A stretch of DNA of 64,000 nucleotides from Vicugna vicugna (taxonomy: Eukaryota). This document shows positions 48,101-61,689 of the stretch, piece after piece. The position numbers and the translations under genes are program-made. Numbering within the stretch: position 1 is the first letter of the stretch; every line of letters begins with the position of its first letter. The notes under the pieces were generated by a model, which saw nothing but the letters and a program-made list of their open reading frames with translations, did no database searches and was not told the DNA's origin. Location: NCBI GenBank assembly GCA_013265495.1, contig MU063710.1, positions 2,694,271-2,758,270 of the forward strand, written 5' to 3'.

Positions 48101-48828
48101 CACATGGCTCCTGGACTATGTTGCAGTCATTGACATCAATCACTGTTTGTCCAGCCTTAGGCTGTAAATTTCCCATATATGCATCTTCTAGGAAAGGACT
48201 TTTCAATAGCCTGTTCATAAAAATAAAGAAATGATTTACCACTACCAGGAATTTCAAAATTAAGTGGTACCTCTTCCTGCCCAAACACATATTAATAATA
48301 GGCAGTCTTAGTTGCTAAAGAGTCAAAAGATCCTGCCTCCTAAAGATGGATAAAACAGCTAGATTATGAAGGGCTAGTTCAAAACCTTCCTTGTCTTTTT
48401 CAAAACCACACTGGCTAATCTTGGATAGTAAGAAATGGTTTCATGAAAGTTATTCATTTCAAGAGTTCCAGATACTCTTTAAATGCTACGTATGTGTTTT
48501 TACCCTCCTCTCAGCTTTTGCTTCCTTTTGATCAAGAGGAACAGGAATTTCCCATCTGCAAAATGGTATGGTTGGACTCTGAATGCTCCTCTTTTGAATA
48601 GCAATTCATATAAAATGTAGAAATAATAGAAAGCGCCTCCCAGATTGGATCACAAACTTTCTGCAATGGAAATCGTTATCAGATGACTTAAACTTGTGAT
48701 CTTGTTTCTCTCCCATATACTAGAGTTCTGACTGTACCTAAGTTGACAAAGAAATGAAATTTTGCAGCTTTTGTCTGACACGCATATTGATTATGATTTT
48801 AGGGATTATATTCATTTTTGGCATTAAA

Positions 48829-49284
48829 NNNNNNNNNNNNNNNNNNNNNNNNNNNNNNNNNNNNNNNNNNNNNNNNNNNNNNNNNNNNNNNNNNNNNNNN
48901 NNNNNNNNNNNNNNNNNNNNNNNNNNNNNNNNNNNNNNNNNNNNNNNNNNNNNNNNNNNNNNNNNNNNNNNNNNNNNNNNNNNNNNNNNNNNNNNNNNNN
49001 NNNNNNNNNNNNNNNNNNNNNNNNNNNNNNNNNNNNNNNNNNNNNNNNNNNNNNNNNNNNNNNNNNNNNNNNNNNNNNNNNNNNNNNNNNNNNNNNNNNN
49101 NNNNNNNNNNNNNNNNNNNNNNNNNNNNNNNNNNNNNNNNNNNNNNNNNNNNNNNNNNNNNNNNNNNNNNNNNNNNNNNNNNNNNNNNNNNNNNNNNNNN
49201 NNNNNNNNNNNNNNNNNNNNNNNNNNNNNNNNNNNNNNNNNNNNNNNNNNNNNNNNNNNNNNNNNNNNNNNNNNNNNNNNNNNN
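48829..49284. other. Assembly gap (456 N)
   Basis: Run of N. Confidence 0.99.
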
Positions 49285-49413
49285 TTTTACATAAAGCACA
49301 ATGGTGAATTTAACAAAGACTGTTTTAAAAATGTATCTGTGGCAGTGTCGATGACCAGAGTCGGCAGCAGTTGACCACTGGCCTCCCTGGACTGAGCAAA
49401 AATCTTTCTTGCT

Positions 49414-49561
49414 NNNNNNNNNNNNNNNNNNNNNNNNNNNNNNNNNNNNNNNNNNNNNNNNNNNNNNNNNNNNNNNNNNNNNNNNNNNNNNNNNNNNNNN
49501 NNNNNNNNNNNNNNNNNNNNNNNNNNNNNNNNNNNNNNNNNNNNNNNNNNNNNNNNNNNNN
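49414..49561. other. Assembly gap (148 N)
   Basis: Run of N. Confidence 0.99.
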
Positions 49562-51399
49562 ATTTTCTGAATCTTCATGTCACTAGAAACATTTATTTGA
49601 AGGGTGAGCATCACATAAATTCAGGTCCACTTGGATTTATAGAAAAGTGGCAAGACTACTTTCACAAGTAGCTTTATTTTTCTTCTGTCTCTACAAGAAG
49701 GAGCCATTGAAGGGCTTGTTGTTAGGATCTTAAGTCAAAAGAGTTTCCAACCCTCATCAGGATGTTTTCCATCCTGTATTTCTTATTTCTTCATTTCTTT
49801 CTTGAGATGATTTTTATTTAGTGTTACTATATCTACTTTTTAACTGACCTTAACTTTATTTCTAATGAGTGTAAGGGATAAAAATCATTGGTAATCAGTA
49901 AAAGCCAAGCTACCAAAGTCTATGCAGTTAAATAGACTGAGATTTTAGAAATCTTATCCCATATCTTATAGGTGAGCCACAAAGAAGGTCTGCATACCAG
50001 GAAGGAAATTCCACGTCTTTCTTGGCCATTCTGGTGAATTCATACATCAATGAACATGCTCTCCAAATGCCTCATAACTCTCTAACAATAAGATCTGTTG
50101 TTTCAGAAGACGCATTATCTCCTTTATCTACAAGGTTACTGATTAAGTAGCATAAAAATTTATCTGACATGAACCATGTTGACTATTTAGGCTTCCAAGT
50201 TAACTCTGCGTTGAATAGTGTTTACATGTATTTTTTATTTTGGTTCTGTTTTCGGTTTGGGTTTTTTGAGTTTTCTGCCATACTTTTCTACTTACTCCTT
50301 TTATCTTACCTAGAAATACATTTTACTCATATATAGTCCAGGCTACAAGTTTCTTCTTAAAGTCTTGGATTAATAATTTCATTATCTGTAGTATGAAAGT
50401 AATGACATCTGCCATTTATCTTTCAAGACTATTCAGAAAACTAGTGAAAAATACATATATAAGCTATTTCAAATTCGAGAAGATTTCTATCATATATTTA
50501 ATATTCAGTATCATTTTGCCATTTAACCTTCAAAATTAAACACACTCTGGAAAAATGTTTTAAAAACCTTAATGGGAAAATAAGTGCAGCTTAAATTTCT
50601 CTGAAAAAATTATACTGAATAAAATAGTTATGTTACCATCCAGGGGTTTTTTTTTTTTGTTTCATTAAAAGCTATTTGTTATGAAGTATGAATTAAATAA
50701 ACAGAAAAGTTAATCTTAGTTTTATTCTTATAACATATAAAAAATTCCTTCAGGAAAATAATTCTGCCAAGAATTAATAGAATTGGGGTTCTCTGATTCT
50801 TTTCTTACTGTCTTTTGGTAAAGAGTGTGCTGAACCTATATTTAAGTTAAAAATAATAAGCTCTTATCAGCATAAGTATGCTGTGACAGTTCTGAAATAG
50901 AGAGAACTATTTAAAGCAGAACACTGCTTTTTTCCTTTGAGATCTCTAAAGCCCAGCGTGTCAAGTGTCTCCTGGTCCCCCTCCCTGATACAAACCCACA
51001 TTTGGTCTTTGCAGATACAGATTCACAGAACAGAACAAAAACTGGCTCGTTCTGCTACAATGTATAGAGAATGCTTTCTTAAAAAAAAAGAAAAAAAAAC
51101 CTGGTTGAACATTAGGTCTTATCCTTCAAAGACTTAAATTTCTCTGGCAGAGAAATTTATGAGCTAGATTTACCCAACTTTTAGGATAGGTGGCTTATAA
51201 GATAAATGTATCTGTCAGTTATTCCTCTTATTCTGTGCCCTAGCTTTTTTCTCCCTGCTTGACTCCACCCTTAGCAGCATTCACACTGAAACTGGTATCT
51301 TACACCTTAAAAATAATAACAGAAGCAACTCTTCCCTCATATCTCCTTCCTTTTCAGCTGTCATTGATATTGTCCTTTTGGTAATGGCAGACAAGTTCA

Positions 51400-52500
51400 T
51401 TAGTACCAACTCTTTTACTGAGAAAAATAGAAAAGCTGAAGTATATATAAATGCCTCTTTGAATGCATCAAAGAGCTTGTAAAACACTGAAGAATAATGG
51501 GGCTAAAATCCAGCAGAAGATGAACCCAACATTGGGTCACTTCCATCTGGAGGGGTTAAGAAGTTGAACAGAAATTTCAACATACTCGTGAGTTCAGACC
51601 CCTTCATGGAGGATGTCCTGATAAATCAGGCTCTGAGTTAGAATCTTGGAGAATAACCTTGGGAATTGGAATGAATAACGAAAAGCCCAGCCTTCGCAAT
51701 GACTATAAATTGCCTTACAACCACTTTAGCACTGCCTAGGTTAAGATGATCTAGGGTTGGTGCCCTTACCCTTCTAACAGAGACAAAATTGCAGAAACGG
51801 CAGATGAGGCAGATGAGAGAAACAGATACCTACAGGGGGTCCTTATAAAGGATGGACTTTAGCATGACTATGACTAATATGATCAAAAAATAAAAGACAA
51901 GTTTAAGTATTTCAGCATAAACAGGAAACTTTAAATGAACAAATGGACACTAAAACTGAAAGTATATAAGAGAAAAATAGATTTATCTCTTAACAGTATT
52001 TATCAAGCACTCGCCCTGTTGAATACTCTGAGATTTCCAGAGTCTTTAAGAATAAATGCCCAAATAATTGGAAGATGGTTAAGTAAAATGTAATGTAGGT
52101 ACAAACTGAAATATAAAAACAATGAATTTAATATATAAATTCTAAGTTAACAAATGGCATGGAAATTACCTTGATATAGTGTAAAATGATGAAAGTTTGT
52201 ATGTGACAACATAAAAGCATGATAGTGATTAGGGTTAAATTATGTGGTTATATACTAGTTTTAAACTATACTAAATCACATATATTTGTGTTTATATATG
52301 TTTAACATATATGTATATTTGATAGAAAATGCAGGAAATTTTAAATAAAGTTTATCAATGAGTTGTAGGGCATTATTGATGATTTTATTCCCATCTTTAT
52401 GCTTTCTTCTATTTTTAAATATTGTTTCACAAATTCACATAATTTCTTAAGTTTAAAAACACACTAAATGTTAATTTCTTTAAAAATGTAAATATGAGTT
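51400..52500 (+). mobile_element. Old L1/HAL1-like 5'/ORF1 remnant and 3' UTR remnant
   Basis: ggactttagcatgactatgactaatatgatcaaaaaataaaagacaag...gaacaaatggacactaaaactgaaag resembles the ORF1 start of old L1s. Confidence 0.45.
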
Positions 52501-53269
52501 TATAAAAGAACTTAATACACTATCTTTGAAACAGGTGATCTGTCCTATGATAAACTTTGCTTTTAATTAGTCCCAAATGTTTTTTGCTGTTTTGCAGTAA
52601 TTTACTATTAACTTTGCAGTAAGATATACTTATTCAAATAGATATGTTCTTGTCAGTTTATTAGAAACCAATGTGAATAAAATTTTAAATTTAATCTCTG
52701 AAGATCGTAATATATTTACTAAATTTATCTGGATATCATTAGGATGGTAGTGTAGAGACAGTAGGAGTCATTTTCTAAGTGAAGTTTAGCAATTCTTACA
52801 CTATTTTAGAAAATGCCTCTGGTGTTGAAGAGAATTTTACTAGAGACCATATGAAGGATGGAAAGAACATCCCTGAAGTTGTAATAAATTATTTTTAGGT
52901 CTCGTTCTTTCTCATTACCTGTTTTTACTCTTCCCTTGACGAAAATAGAAATACCCTTAAATCTTTATTTGATGATTTCACCCAGGATGCAAATAGATAA
53001 AGTAACAATTCACAATTAAGATACAGGACAAACATTCTCACATCTGTCATACAGTGATTTGCTTTAAAGCCTTCAGAAATCTTTTGTGTCTAAAAACCAC
53101 CTGTAAATAAAAACACAATTATGAAACAAAGAAGCTGGAAAATTGCTATTTGCATTATAAATATTTTAGATCATGGTTCATTTCATAATTCTGTAAAAAA
53201 AATTTTATTTTAAGAATAGCCATATTCTTAAAATAATGCAAAGAAATTATTCTGGTGCTAGAGCCTCTG

Positions 53270-53294
53270 CTTCTAGAAGCTTCGAGAATATTCT
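53270..53294. promoter_or_regulatory. Heat-shock element with five perfect inverted nGAAn pentamers
   Basis: cTTCt-aGAAg-cTTCg-aGAAt-aTTCt, read directly. Confidence 0.7.
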
Positions 53295-53355
53295 CTATCA
53301 CAGTATTGTTATCATAAGTTATTGCTAGAAAGCTGAGTCCATATGTCTGAAGCAT

Positions 53356-53762
53356 AGTATTTTAGTTTCCCAGTGCTGTCTAGGAAACTAGGCAGCAAGT
53401 ACCACAAACTTGGTGGCTTAGTAAACCAAAAATTGATTGGAGAACAGAAGTCCAAGTTTAAGGTGTCAGCAGAGCGATGTTCTCTTCCTCTCAGGCCTGT
53501 CTCGTGGGCTTCTGGTAGCTTCAGGCACTTGCTGACTTGTTGGTGGCCCTCTTCCCGTCATCTTTCCTCTGTGTGCGTTTGTGTCCAGATTTCCCCTTTT
53601 TCAAAGATCACTGGTTCTGTTAGATTAAGGCCCACACGAATGACCTGATTTTAACTTGACTGCTTCTGTAGAGACCCTATTTCCAAACAAGGTCACATTC
53701 TGAAGTACTGGGGATAGGACTCCAGGATATATTTTTAGGGGGACAGAATTTATCTGTGAACA
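53356..53762 (-). mobile_element. MaLR MLT1A/B-type LTR
   Basis: gtattttagtttcccagtgctg...aagtaccacaaacttggtggctta...gaccctatttccaaacaaggtcacattctgaagtactggggataggact. Confidence 0.85.
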
Positions 53763-55889
53763 GATCTGGTCTACCATTTTGAAAAACTTTAAGCCTCAGT
53801 GTTGATCTTTTATGTTTAAAGTTACTTGTCAATGAAAAGCAAATTGATAGCTAGTATTTAAGAAAGTGCTTTTGTTGAGGACAAATCCCTTGACTTAAAG
53901 GTGACTCAGAGCACCCTTGAAGAATGATAAATGCTGAAAAACAACAAAACCCAGCTCACCATCAGGCCTTCACAACAGAGAGTTAAAGAAAGCTAAGCAT
54001 GCATCCAGAGTTCTGGGTTCTTTGCTGTTTAGTCTGTAAGTCTGTAGAAAGATTTTTGAACTTACAAGGGGACATGAAGATCAAGGCATTTTAGGTTGGA
54101 AGTACCTCTTTTCATTTCACAGATGAGGAAACACTTGAAGGCCTTGAGCAATATTTGGCCAGAAAAAAAGAACTTGCTGGCAGATGGATTAAGCAGACAA
54201 AGTTTCATCCATAAAGAATATTTTATGCCCTAAAATACACTAAATTAGAGACTTCAATTGGGAAGCTGATAGTTTCATACTTAACAAACATTAACTGGTA
54301 AAATGCATACATATCGCAGAAATGAAACTTCCCAAATGTGGTCTTCCACTTCGTAACATACTGGTTAAATTATGAGACACAGAAGCTATGGAGAGGAAAG
54401 GAATGAACTTAGAGAAAGAGCAACCATTAATAGCTGCCCTGGGACATCATAAGCCTGAGGTGTGAATTCACTTTTTTTTATTGTACTATTTGTATTTTTT
54501 TCTCCTAATTCTGCTCTGATTATTTAGCTGACTGAAGCAACTAAAGTAGAATAAGTTATGACATCTTTGCTTTTTCATTTGATTTTTTTAAGTAACATAA
54601 AGACAAAAGACAGTTGCACGTGTCATCATGCAGTGCTTGCAAAATACATGTATTTCTTGGAATTGCCAGAAGTATCTACATACAAAAGATAGCACAGTCT
54701 CATTTCTAAAGAATGTTTTTACTGTGTACAGTAAATGTGAGAGCTGAGTTAAAATGAGGAGCCATTTACTTTGTGAGTCAGTCAAATATTAGTTGTATAT
54801 GGCATTTCTAGATTTCTATACTTACAGTCTTGTCTTCAGTAATAAAACTTTAAATTACCTTCAAATGAGTACATGAAAAAGCTATTCAGTAGCAAACATA
54901 GATTGTTTTATTTCTTATTGAATTATGGATTATAGCATTACCATCATTAGATTCTGAAATTACTGTATCCTGTCTTGCTTATACTTTGCTTTGTCATGTA
55001 AAGGTTTTCATTTTTAAGAAATGCATGCTGTACTTATACTAAAATAGTAGGATATAAGGAGTTGTCTATTTTCAGGCCATCAAAAATGAATTCAGGCCAC
55101 CAACACAGCAAGAGTTTGAAAATGGTTTTGAAAGGGGACAAGGGTGGGATTTATACTTAAATCATACTGTGTGCCAAGTAATAATTGAGTGTTCCTGGCA
55201 AAAGATTTCTAGGTGTGGAGATAAAAAAACCTCAAGTTTTTAGGCCTAGATGCAAATATAAGATACTAAAATATTAAAAACAGATCACTCCTTTGACAGC
55301 TAGAAATCAAGCCTATCACCTCCTGGTTTAGTTTCTTTTTAATATATGACTTTATTTCATGTTTGTTAAAGTTAACATTATCTACCATCCAACTGCATAC
55401 TGACGACCTTTAATTTTGAAATTTAGTGGTTCCTCGGCTACACCTCTGATGCTTTTGCTCTGAAAATTAAAGTCATGCATGCATTTTTGTTAGAGGATGT
55501 GTTTGCACTTCTTTAGACTGAACTATTTTAACTGTATCTAAATATGATAGAATTGCTTTATCGAGATACCTCAGAATTCGTAGACGAAGGCCAAAACAAA
55601 TCAGGTTAAACTTTTGACACAGCTTTTCATGGGTGTTAGACTTAAGTTTCTTATGATGAGGCAAAATTGAATACATCATTTATTCCCTCAAGCACTCTGC
55701 ACAGGACCTGGCGAAGTCAATTTCATTAACTTTTGATGTTGTTAGTTAGGAAATATTTACTGAACACCTACTATATGCCCAGTGCTGTGCTCAATACTAA
55801 ACACTCAGTGTGGCTACATGAGATGAAATGTAGACGAGGGTAAACTACATTTATTGTAGCTCATTTACTATAACATTAACAACGGTAGA

Positions 55890-56110
55890 TCATTTATTAA
55901 GTGCTATAGGCAGCAGGCATTCTCTGTGTATGTAACACAAGTTGTATAAATACATGACAGTCTTCATAGCGACTCTATGCAAAAGTATTATTATTGCCAT
56001 TTTACAGTTGAGGAAATTTAGACTTAGATTAAATAATTTATTTTCCAAAGTAATATATATATAATTAAAGGTAAGTCAATCTAGAAAATAATGCATCTAA
56101 TTCCAAATTC
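55890..56110 (-). mobile_element. MIR fragment
   Basis: atttattaagtgctatagg...tattattattgccattttacagttgaggaaatttagacttag. Confidence 0.65.
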
Positions 56111-57249
56111 TCAACTCTTATCTGAAACATCTGTAAATATAATTTTTGATTTCTTCTAGAATATTGTATAGTACCACATGATTTTCATAGTTACATGTTT
56201 AATTAAACTGAAATAATGGGAAATTGTTGGGAAATTGAGGGAAAGGATAGAATGTGCTGAAAGTGACCAGAGTATGTAATTTGCTTTTTAAAAAATCGTA
56301 TTACTAGAAAATCTGAACGTTGGTATGATACTGTAATTTCTTTTTTAATCTGATTCCAGGGGTTTGGTTACTCCTCAGAAATCTTTTTCTGGATAAAGAA
56401 AATATACTGGAGAGTTTTATGACTTTTGAATTATACCCTGGCAACTTAATTTATATGAAATTATTTTGATTTCAAGATTTAAAAAAATACTAGTTAGCAT
56501 CCAAACCTGAGGACTCAATTATATCATTTAATTTTTAAAATGCTAAAATGGGGCTTAAAACACACCATACACCGTTCTAATCACTTGACAAAGATCAATT
56601 CATTTAACCTTTACAACAGTATAGTGATATAGATTCCTTTTTTCAGAGGCTCAGAATAATAAGCCAAAACCCCAGTCTGGGTAGTGTGCCTCCAGATTTC
56701 ACACCTTTCACCATTACTGTAGGTTGCCACTTGTTTGTCAGGCAAAATATTCTTCTATAATAATTCTTGGTAGAATTTTAGTCTATGATGTTAATACGAG
56801 AAAGTTTACTTAGATATTTATAGTTTTTCAGAGAATACAGTTTACTGAAGTAGAAGACATCTATTTATAACTTAATCTTTCTTTTTATATAATCCTCTGT
56901 GCTATTTACAGTTGTTGATACATCTTGTTTTTAAGCATTAAGTCTGCACACACATGTTTATAACTTGATTGTAGTGTTCTTCTATTTTACATTGAAATAG
57001 TTATTAATTATTTTCTCCAAGTGAAATTTTTATGTTTTAAAGACTAGGCAATCAGTGCTAGTGCTTTAGTTATATTCTGTCATTTTTTTTCATTTTATAT
57101 CCCTTTTTATAATATATATATATCTGTTCTTTTACTAAGGAAGCCTGAATCTGTGTGGTCTTTCATAAGCTGCTCCTTTTCTGACCATTACTGCTTACTA
57201 TTTTTTGAATCTGTGAATCACATTTTTTGTTAACTATGGAAAATTTTCC

Positions 57250-59750
57250 ACTGTTCTTTTTTCTTTAACTTTTCAAATGTACAGAGAAGTACAATGAGCA
57301 TACAGCCTTCACCTTGATTAAAAATTAGTAATAGTTTTCTTAGGCAAGTTTTTACTGAACCATTTGAAAGTAAGTTGCAGATATGATTTTTCAGAGCCTG
57401 TCTCTTAAAAATAATGACATTCGCCTAAGTAACAAGTCACTAAGTTCGCCTTTATAATTATCTCCTGAAGTCTGATCATATCAGATGCCTCATCCTTGAT
57501 TTTACTGTGAATGTGCCTAATATTCCCTCCTCAGGTAAAATTTTAGATTTCGGGATGAGGAATGAATTTATCAGGTTGAAGAAGTAACCATCGATTCTCA
57601 TTTAACTTTTTAAAAATCAGGAAGGAGTATTGTTGTCTTTTCAGAAACTATGGAAATGATAATGTAATTTTTCTCCTTAATCTATTAATATGTTAAATAC
57701 TATTAATGAATTTACTAATTTTTAGACTTCTTTGAAGTCCTACAACAGACTTCACTTGATCATGTTAAAAATTTTTTGTTATGGTAATATATTTTGTTTC
57801 TATTATCTGCCACATATTATATGGGATTTTTCGCTAGTATACATAGATAAGATTATGCCATAGTGTTCTGTGTTGACAATCTTCAAATTTTTATGTATCA
57901 GTATTATGCTCACTGTATAAAATGTTTCTAAGTTTGCTTTATTTTTCTATGCTTTTAAGGAGATGAAAGATTTTTAGGATTACCTCGAATGTAAACGTTT
58001 GTTTGAATTTACGTGTCAAAATATCAACAAGGTTTAGTGTTTTTTAGGATGATTAGCTTTGGAAAGCTTTCTAAATTTTTACATAGATATGGGTATTTTA
58101 AATTTTTCTGTCTCTACTGGTTTCAGTTTTGATAAATTGTAGCTTCTCAGAAATTTGCTTGGCCTTCTACTATTCAATTTAACAATTTAAAATATCCTTT
58201 ACTTGTCCCTATTCCCAATGAATTATCATTGAAATTATTATGCTTTTCCTTCTCTCCTGTTGAATTCTACTTTTAAAATTGTGTTATTTCAACACTTCAA
58301 AGCACATAGCATTCTCATTCTACTCTTCTATGCTTATTATCACCTCGTTTTATCTTACGTCTACAACTTCTGATATTCAGTGCTCACTGCTATTTTTCTT
58401 ACCAAAATTTCCCAATCAGTTCCTAGACAAAAGACGCCTGTTCTCTGGCATTTTCCTCACTAAGGGCTTGCTTTATGCTGTCTTCTGAGTTCTTGCATGT
58501 ATAGATTTGTTGGGCTCAATAACTCTCTGGTTCATATTTTCTTTTCTTCAATACATTTTTAAGAATTATGGTCTCTATTGTTATGTTGCTTTACACATTG
58601 TTATTAATTTTCTTTCTTTTCTAAACAACTTAGATTTTTTCCCTTTCTTTTCTTTCTAAGCAACTTAAATTTTTTGCCCATAGGACTATTTACCTTACTT
58701 ACCATACTTTTGTCTAGAAAGTATATTAGTTTTACTAAGATACATATCTAGAAGGTGATTATTCTGGGCCATTCTCCCAGTATACACCATATGCCTTTTC
58801 CATGTGTAGATTCTGGTCTTTTATTTTAGAAAAATATTCCCGAATCATTGTTTTACATTTCAGCTCTGTTCAGTTGATCTGCTTTTCATCTTCAGATGCT
58901 CCAGTTATACACGTATTCTGTCATCTTTGCTTGCCTTCAGTAGCTGTTACTTTCTTTAATATCTCTTTTGCTTCTTTGTTTACACTGTTCTATTCTTAAT
59001 GTTTTTATTCCACATTTTCTTTTTTTTCTGTTGTGACTTTTCATGTGTACACCTGCTAATTTAATTAGCAATGTTTTCAGTATTTCATTTCATAATTATG
59101 AAATGTTATGTATATTTTCTTTTTTCTGCCAAAATAGATGTATTTATTTATTTTTGTGTCTTTCTACTTATAGTAACTTCGTATGAATGCTGGAGGATTT
59201 TCTTTTGGCTCTTGTTAATTTGTGTACTGTGTTTTCCTAAACAGACAGTAGCAGTTGATCCTAGGGATGGGTCGAGTATAAAACACAAATTAGCATTTCC
59301 TTCATTTCTCAATTTAGTTGCTTCCTCTTCTGAGCATGGAGTAAGGAGAGACTTACTTAAAAATTAGTGAATGCCTACTTTTTGAATTTGTTTTCTACGT
59401 TGTTGACACTGTTTTGTTCCTGTAGGGTCATTGTCTTCAACCATCATTGTATTCTATTCCTTCACTGAAGAATGCATCTGACTTTTAAAGTTCTCTCTCT
59501 CATCTTGAAATAATACCTTTCCAAAACTGCCACTTCTGCACATCGAGCAACTAGTATCTGAACTATTGAATAGCAAACCTTCCACAGATATTTTGCATTC
59601 AGAAGAACCCTCTCCTCTGAAGGTAAGCCTTCCCTGATGGTGTCTGTGTTGGGCCACCACCAAGAGCCTGTTTTAGTCTTTCATATAGTCACTCGGTGCT
59701 TTACTCTCGGTGCTTTACTCTCATGCTTGCTCCAGAGCTGGCCCTGATGG
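57250..59750 (-). mobile_element. Old, fragmented antisense L1
   Basis: T-rich degenerate antisense L1: ccatttgaaagtaagttgcagatatg (3' UTR), tcacttgatcatg...gggatttttcgctagtat (ORF2), and ORF1-like sequence near 58650-59030. Confidence 0.55.
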
Positions 59751-60819
59751 CACTGGGAAACATATTTCCCTTCTTTCATAAAATAGGGGATTTTGGTCTC
59801 TCTGTCTCTTAATTACACTGTAGGCATAAGCTATATGTGATTTGTTTGCTCATATTTTTGATGTGTGGATATGTGGAGAGATTGAAATTAAGTTGGTCTC
59901 CATTGCCCTTTTGTTACCTCTTTCTTCCGTTTTCATTCTGTTATGCCAGTGACAAATGCCTTAGTCTTTCTTGTAGTCTAACTCCAGGCTTTTCTGATAC
60001 ATTTATATACTTCTGAGGACTTTTTTTCCCCAGTTTTGCAATTCTATCCTTATTTCTGTCTGATTATACAGACTCTAATTAAGTTAACCATATTGACTCT
60101 CCAGCATTTTTTTATCTTGCCATAAAAATAGAACATTTAGAAATAAAACATCTATAATTGTTTGCTCTGGTAATATGACCTACTTTTTCTTTGTTAGCTA
60201 TCACATTTTTCTTCAAATTTCTGGCCAATTCTAATTTCTGCATAATTTACAGTTAAAGTTCCACTGGCTCCTAAGTGAATGGAGAAATAAGAGAAATTCA
60301 AATTATAAAGCAGAGAGCACAGACTCCTATTGAATCAAGAGACTGCATTCCAATAGAAAAGTTTCTACTGTGCAATAATGCTTCTGCCTCTTCCTTTCAT
60401 TTCTAGTATATTTCAAATAATTGTCCTGCATATTTAAAACATGAGTAAACTTATCATTTCTATAAATGATCACTCATGGTTTAATGAGACTAAGCTAGTT
60501 TTCTTATTGAGTGTTTTAGAGTCTAATATCAATTTTACTAAACATGCTTAAAATATAGTTGTAGTATTAGTCCCTAACATAGTTCTATGAAGGAACAAAG
60601 AGAATTGAATATCTGATTTATCAAAGAGAGTTTAAATATTTTCATAACCTTCATGAGAATGAAGACACCATCCATGCCCCTGGACTGGACCACTGAGTGT
60701 AAGTTCAGAATTCTGCATTGTCAAGGAGGCAAGAAAAATATTGTAAAAGAAAGGAATACTTATTAGCCAAACATGGTAGACAAATAAAACGCTTTCAATT
60801 CTGTGATTGTGTACTAATA

Positions 60820-61640
60820 AATGAACAACAAACTACAGACTCTCAGATCTATCTGACCACTGGACATCTCCAACTAGAAATTTTATAGGCACCTGAAACA
60901 TAAAATGTCCAACCCTAAATTTTCTTGTTAATTTCTGTTGCTTCTGTGTTTTTCTTTTTCTTTTATTTGGCTGCACCATCACTGACTCAGTTATCACAAT
61001 AGAGAGCTGGTTATCATTGTTGACTCTTTGTTCTCCGTCCATGCCATGTATAGTTTCAAGTCCTTATAATTTACATGCTAAACAAAATTTGAATTTATTT
61101 TCTTTCTTCACTATCACTATTATCATTGTCCTAGCTTATACATTTATTATTTTTCGTCTGGATTGCCCCAACATCTTCCTGTTTTATCTCCCTGTAGCTA
61201 GATTTATCTTTTTCAAAACCTCCCTTCTCGTAGCTATTTAAAGCCCCTTTTAAAGACTCTCCAAAGTTCACACTCTCAGTAATCTGACCCGTGTCCGACT
61301 CACATCCTTACTTGGAGCCATTGTTGTCTATCTCTACACCATATTCCAGGACTGCTAAATTGTGTGTAGTTCTCCTTGATTGCCATGCTTTTTCTCACTC
61401 TGGACATTTGCTCATGCCATCCCCTTTCTAGAATGCCTCTCTCTTAATCAGATTTCTGTAGTCCTAATTGTGCTTTGAGTCTCAGTGCAAATATCATCTC
61501 CTCCATAAAGTTTTTCCTGGTTCTCTTCCTTCTCTCTGACAGATACACATACTATGTCTGGTGCTCTTACCATCATGTGATATTTTCTTGGTGACGATAC
61601 ATGTCTTGGTCACTTTTTATACTCTAAAAGGCACAAACTG
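60820..61640 (+). mobile_element. L2 LINE fragment
   Basis: ccactggacatctccaactagaaattttataggcacctgaaacataaaatgtccaaccc...ggacatttgctcatgccatcccctttctagaatgcc. Confidence 0.7.
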
Positions 61641-61689
61641 GAATTGCAGGAACTTCATCTTTTTTATAAAATATTATTTCCTTTGTGTG

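Noticed and set aside
48754-49614. Longest ORFs (206 and 271 aa) and other X-filled ORFs
   Set aside because: They are artefacts of reading through N-gaps.
54642-54656. Short perfect palindrome aaatacatgtattt
   Set aside because: AT-rich 14-bp palindromes are expected by chance in 64 kb.
56008-56070. 63-nt in-frame-length exon with an AAG|GTAAGT donor
   Set aside because: It contains an in-frame TAA, and the acceptor is the generic antisense MIR ttttacag site.
56150-56170. Two- to three-unit HSE-like matches (also near 22870, 51630, 58835, 61428)
   Set aside because: Only two perfect pentamers each, which is expected by chance at this base composition.
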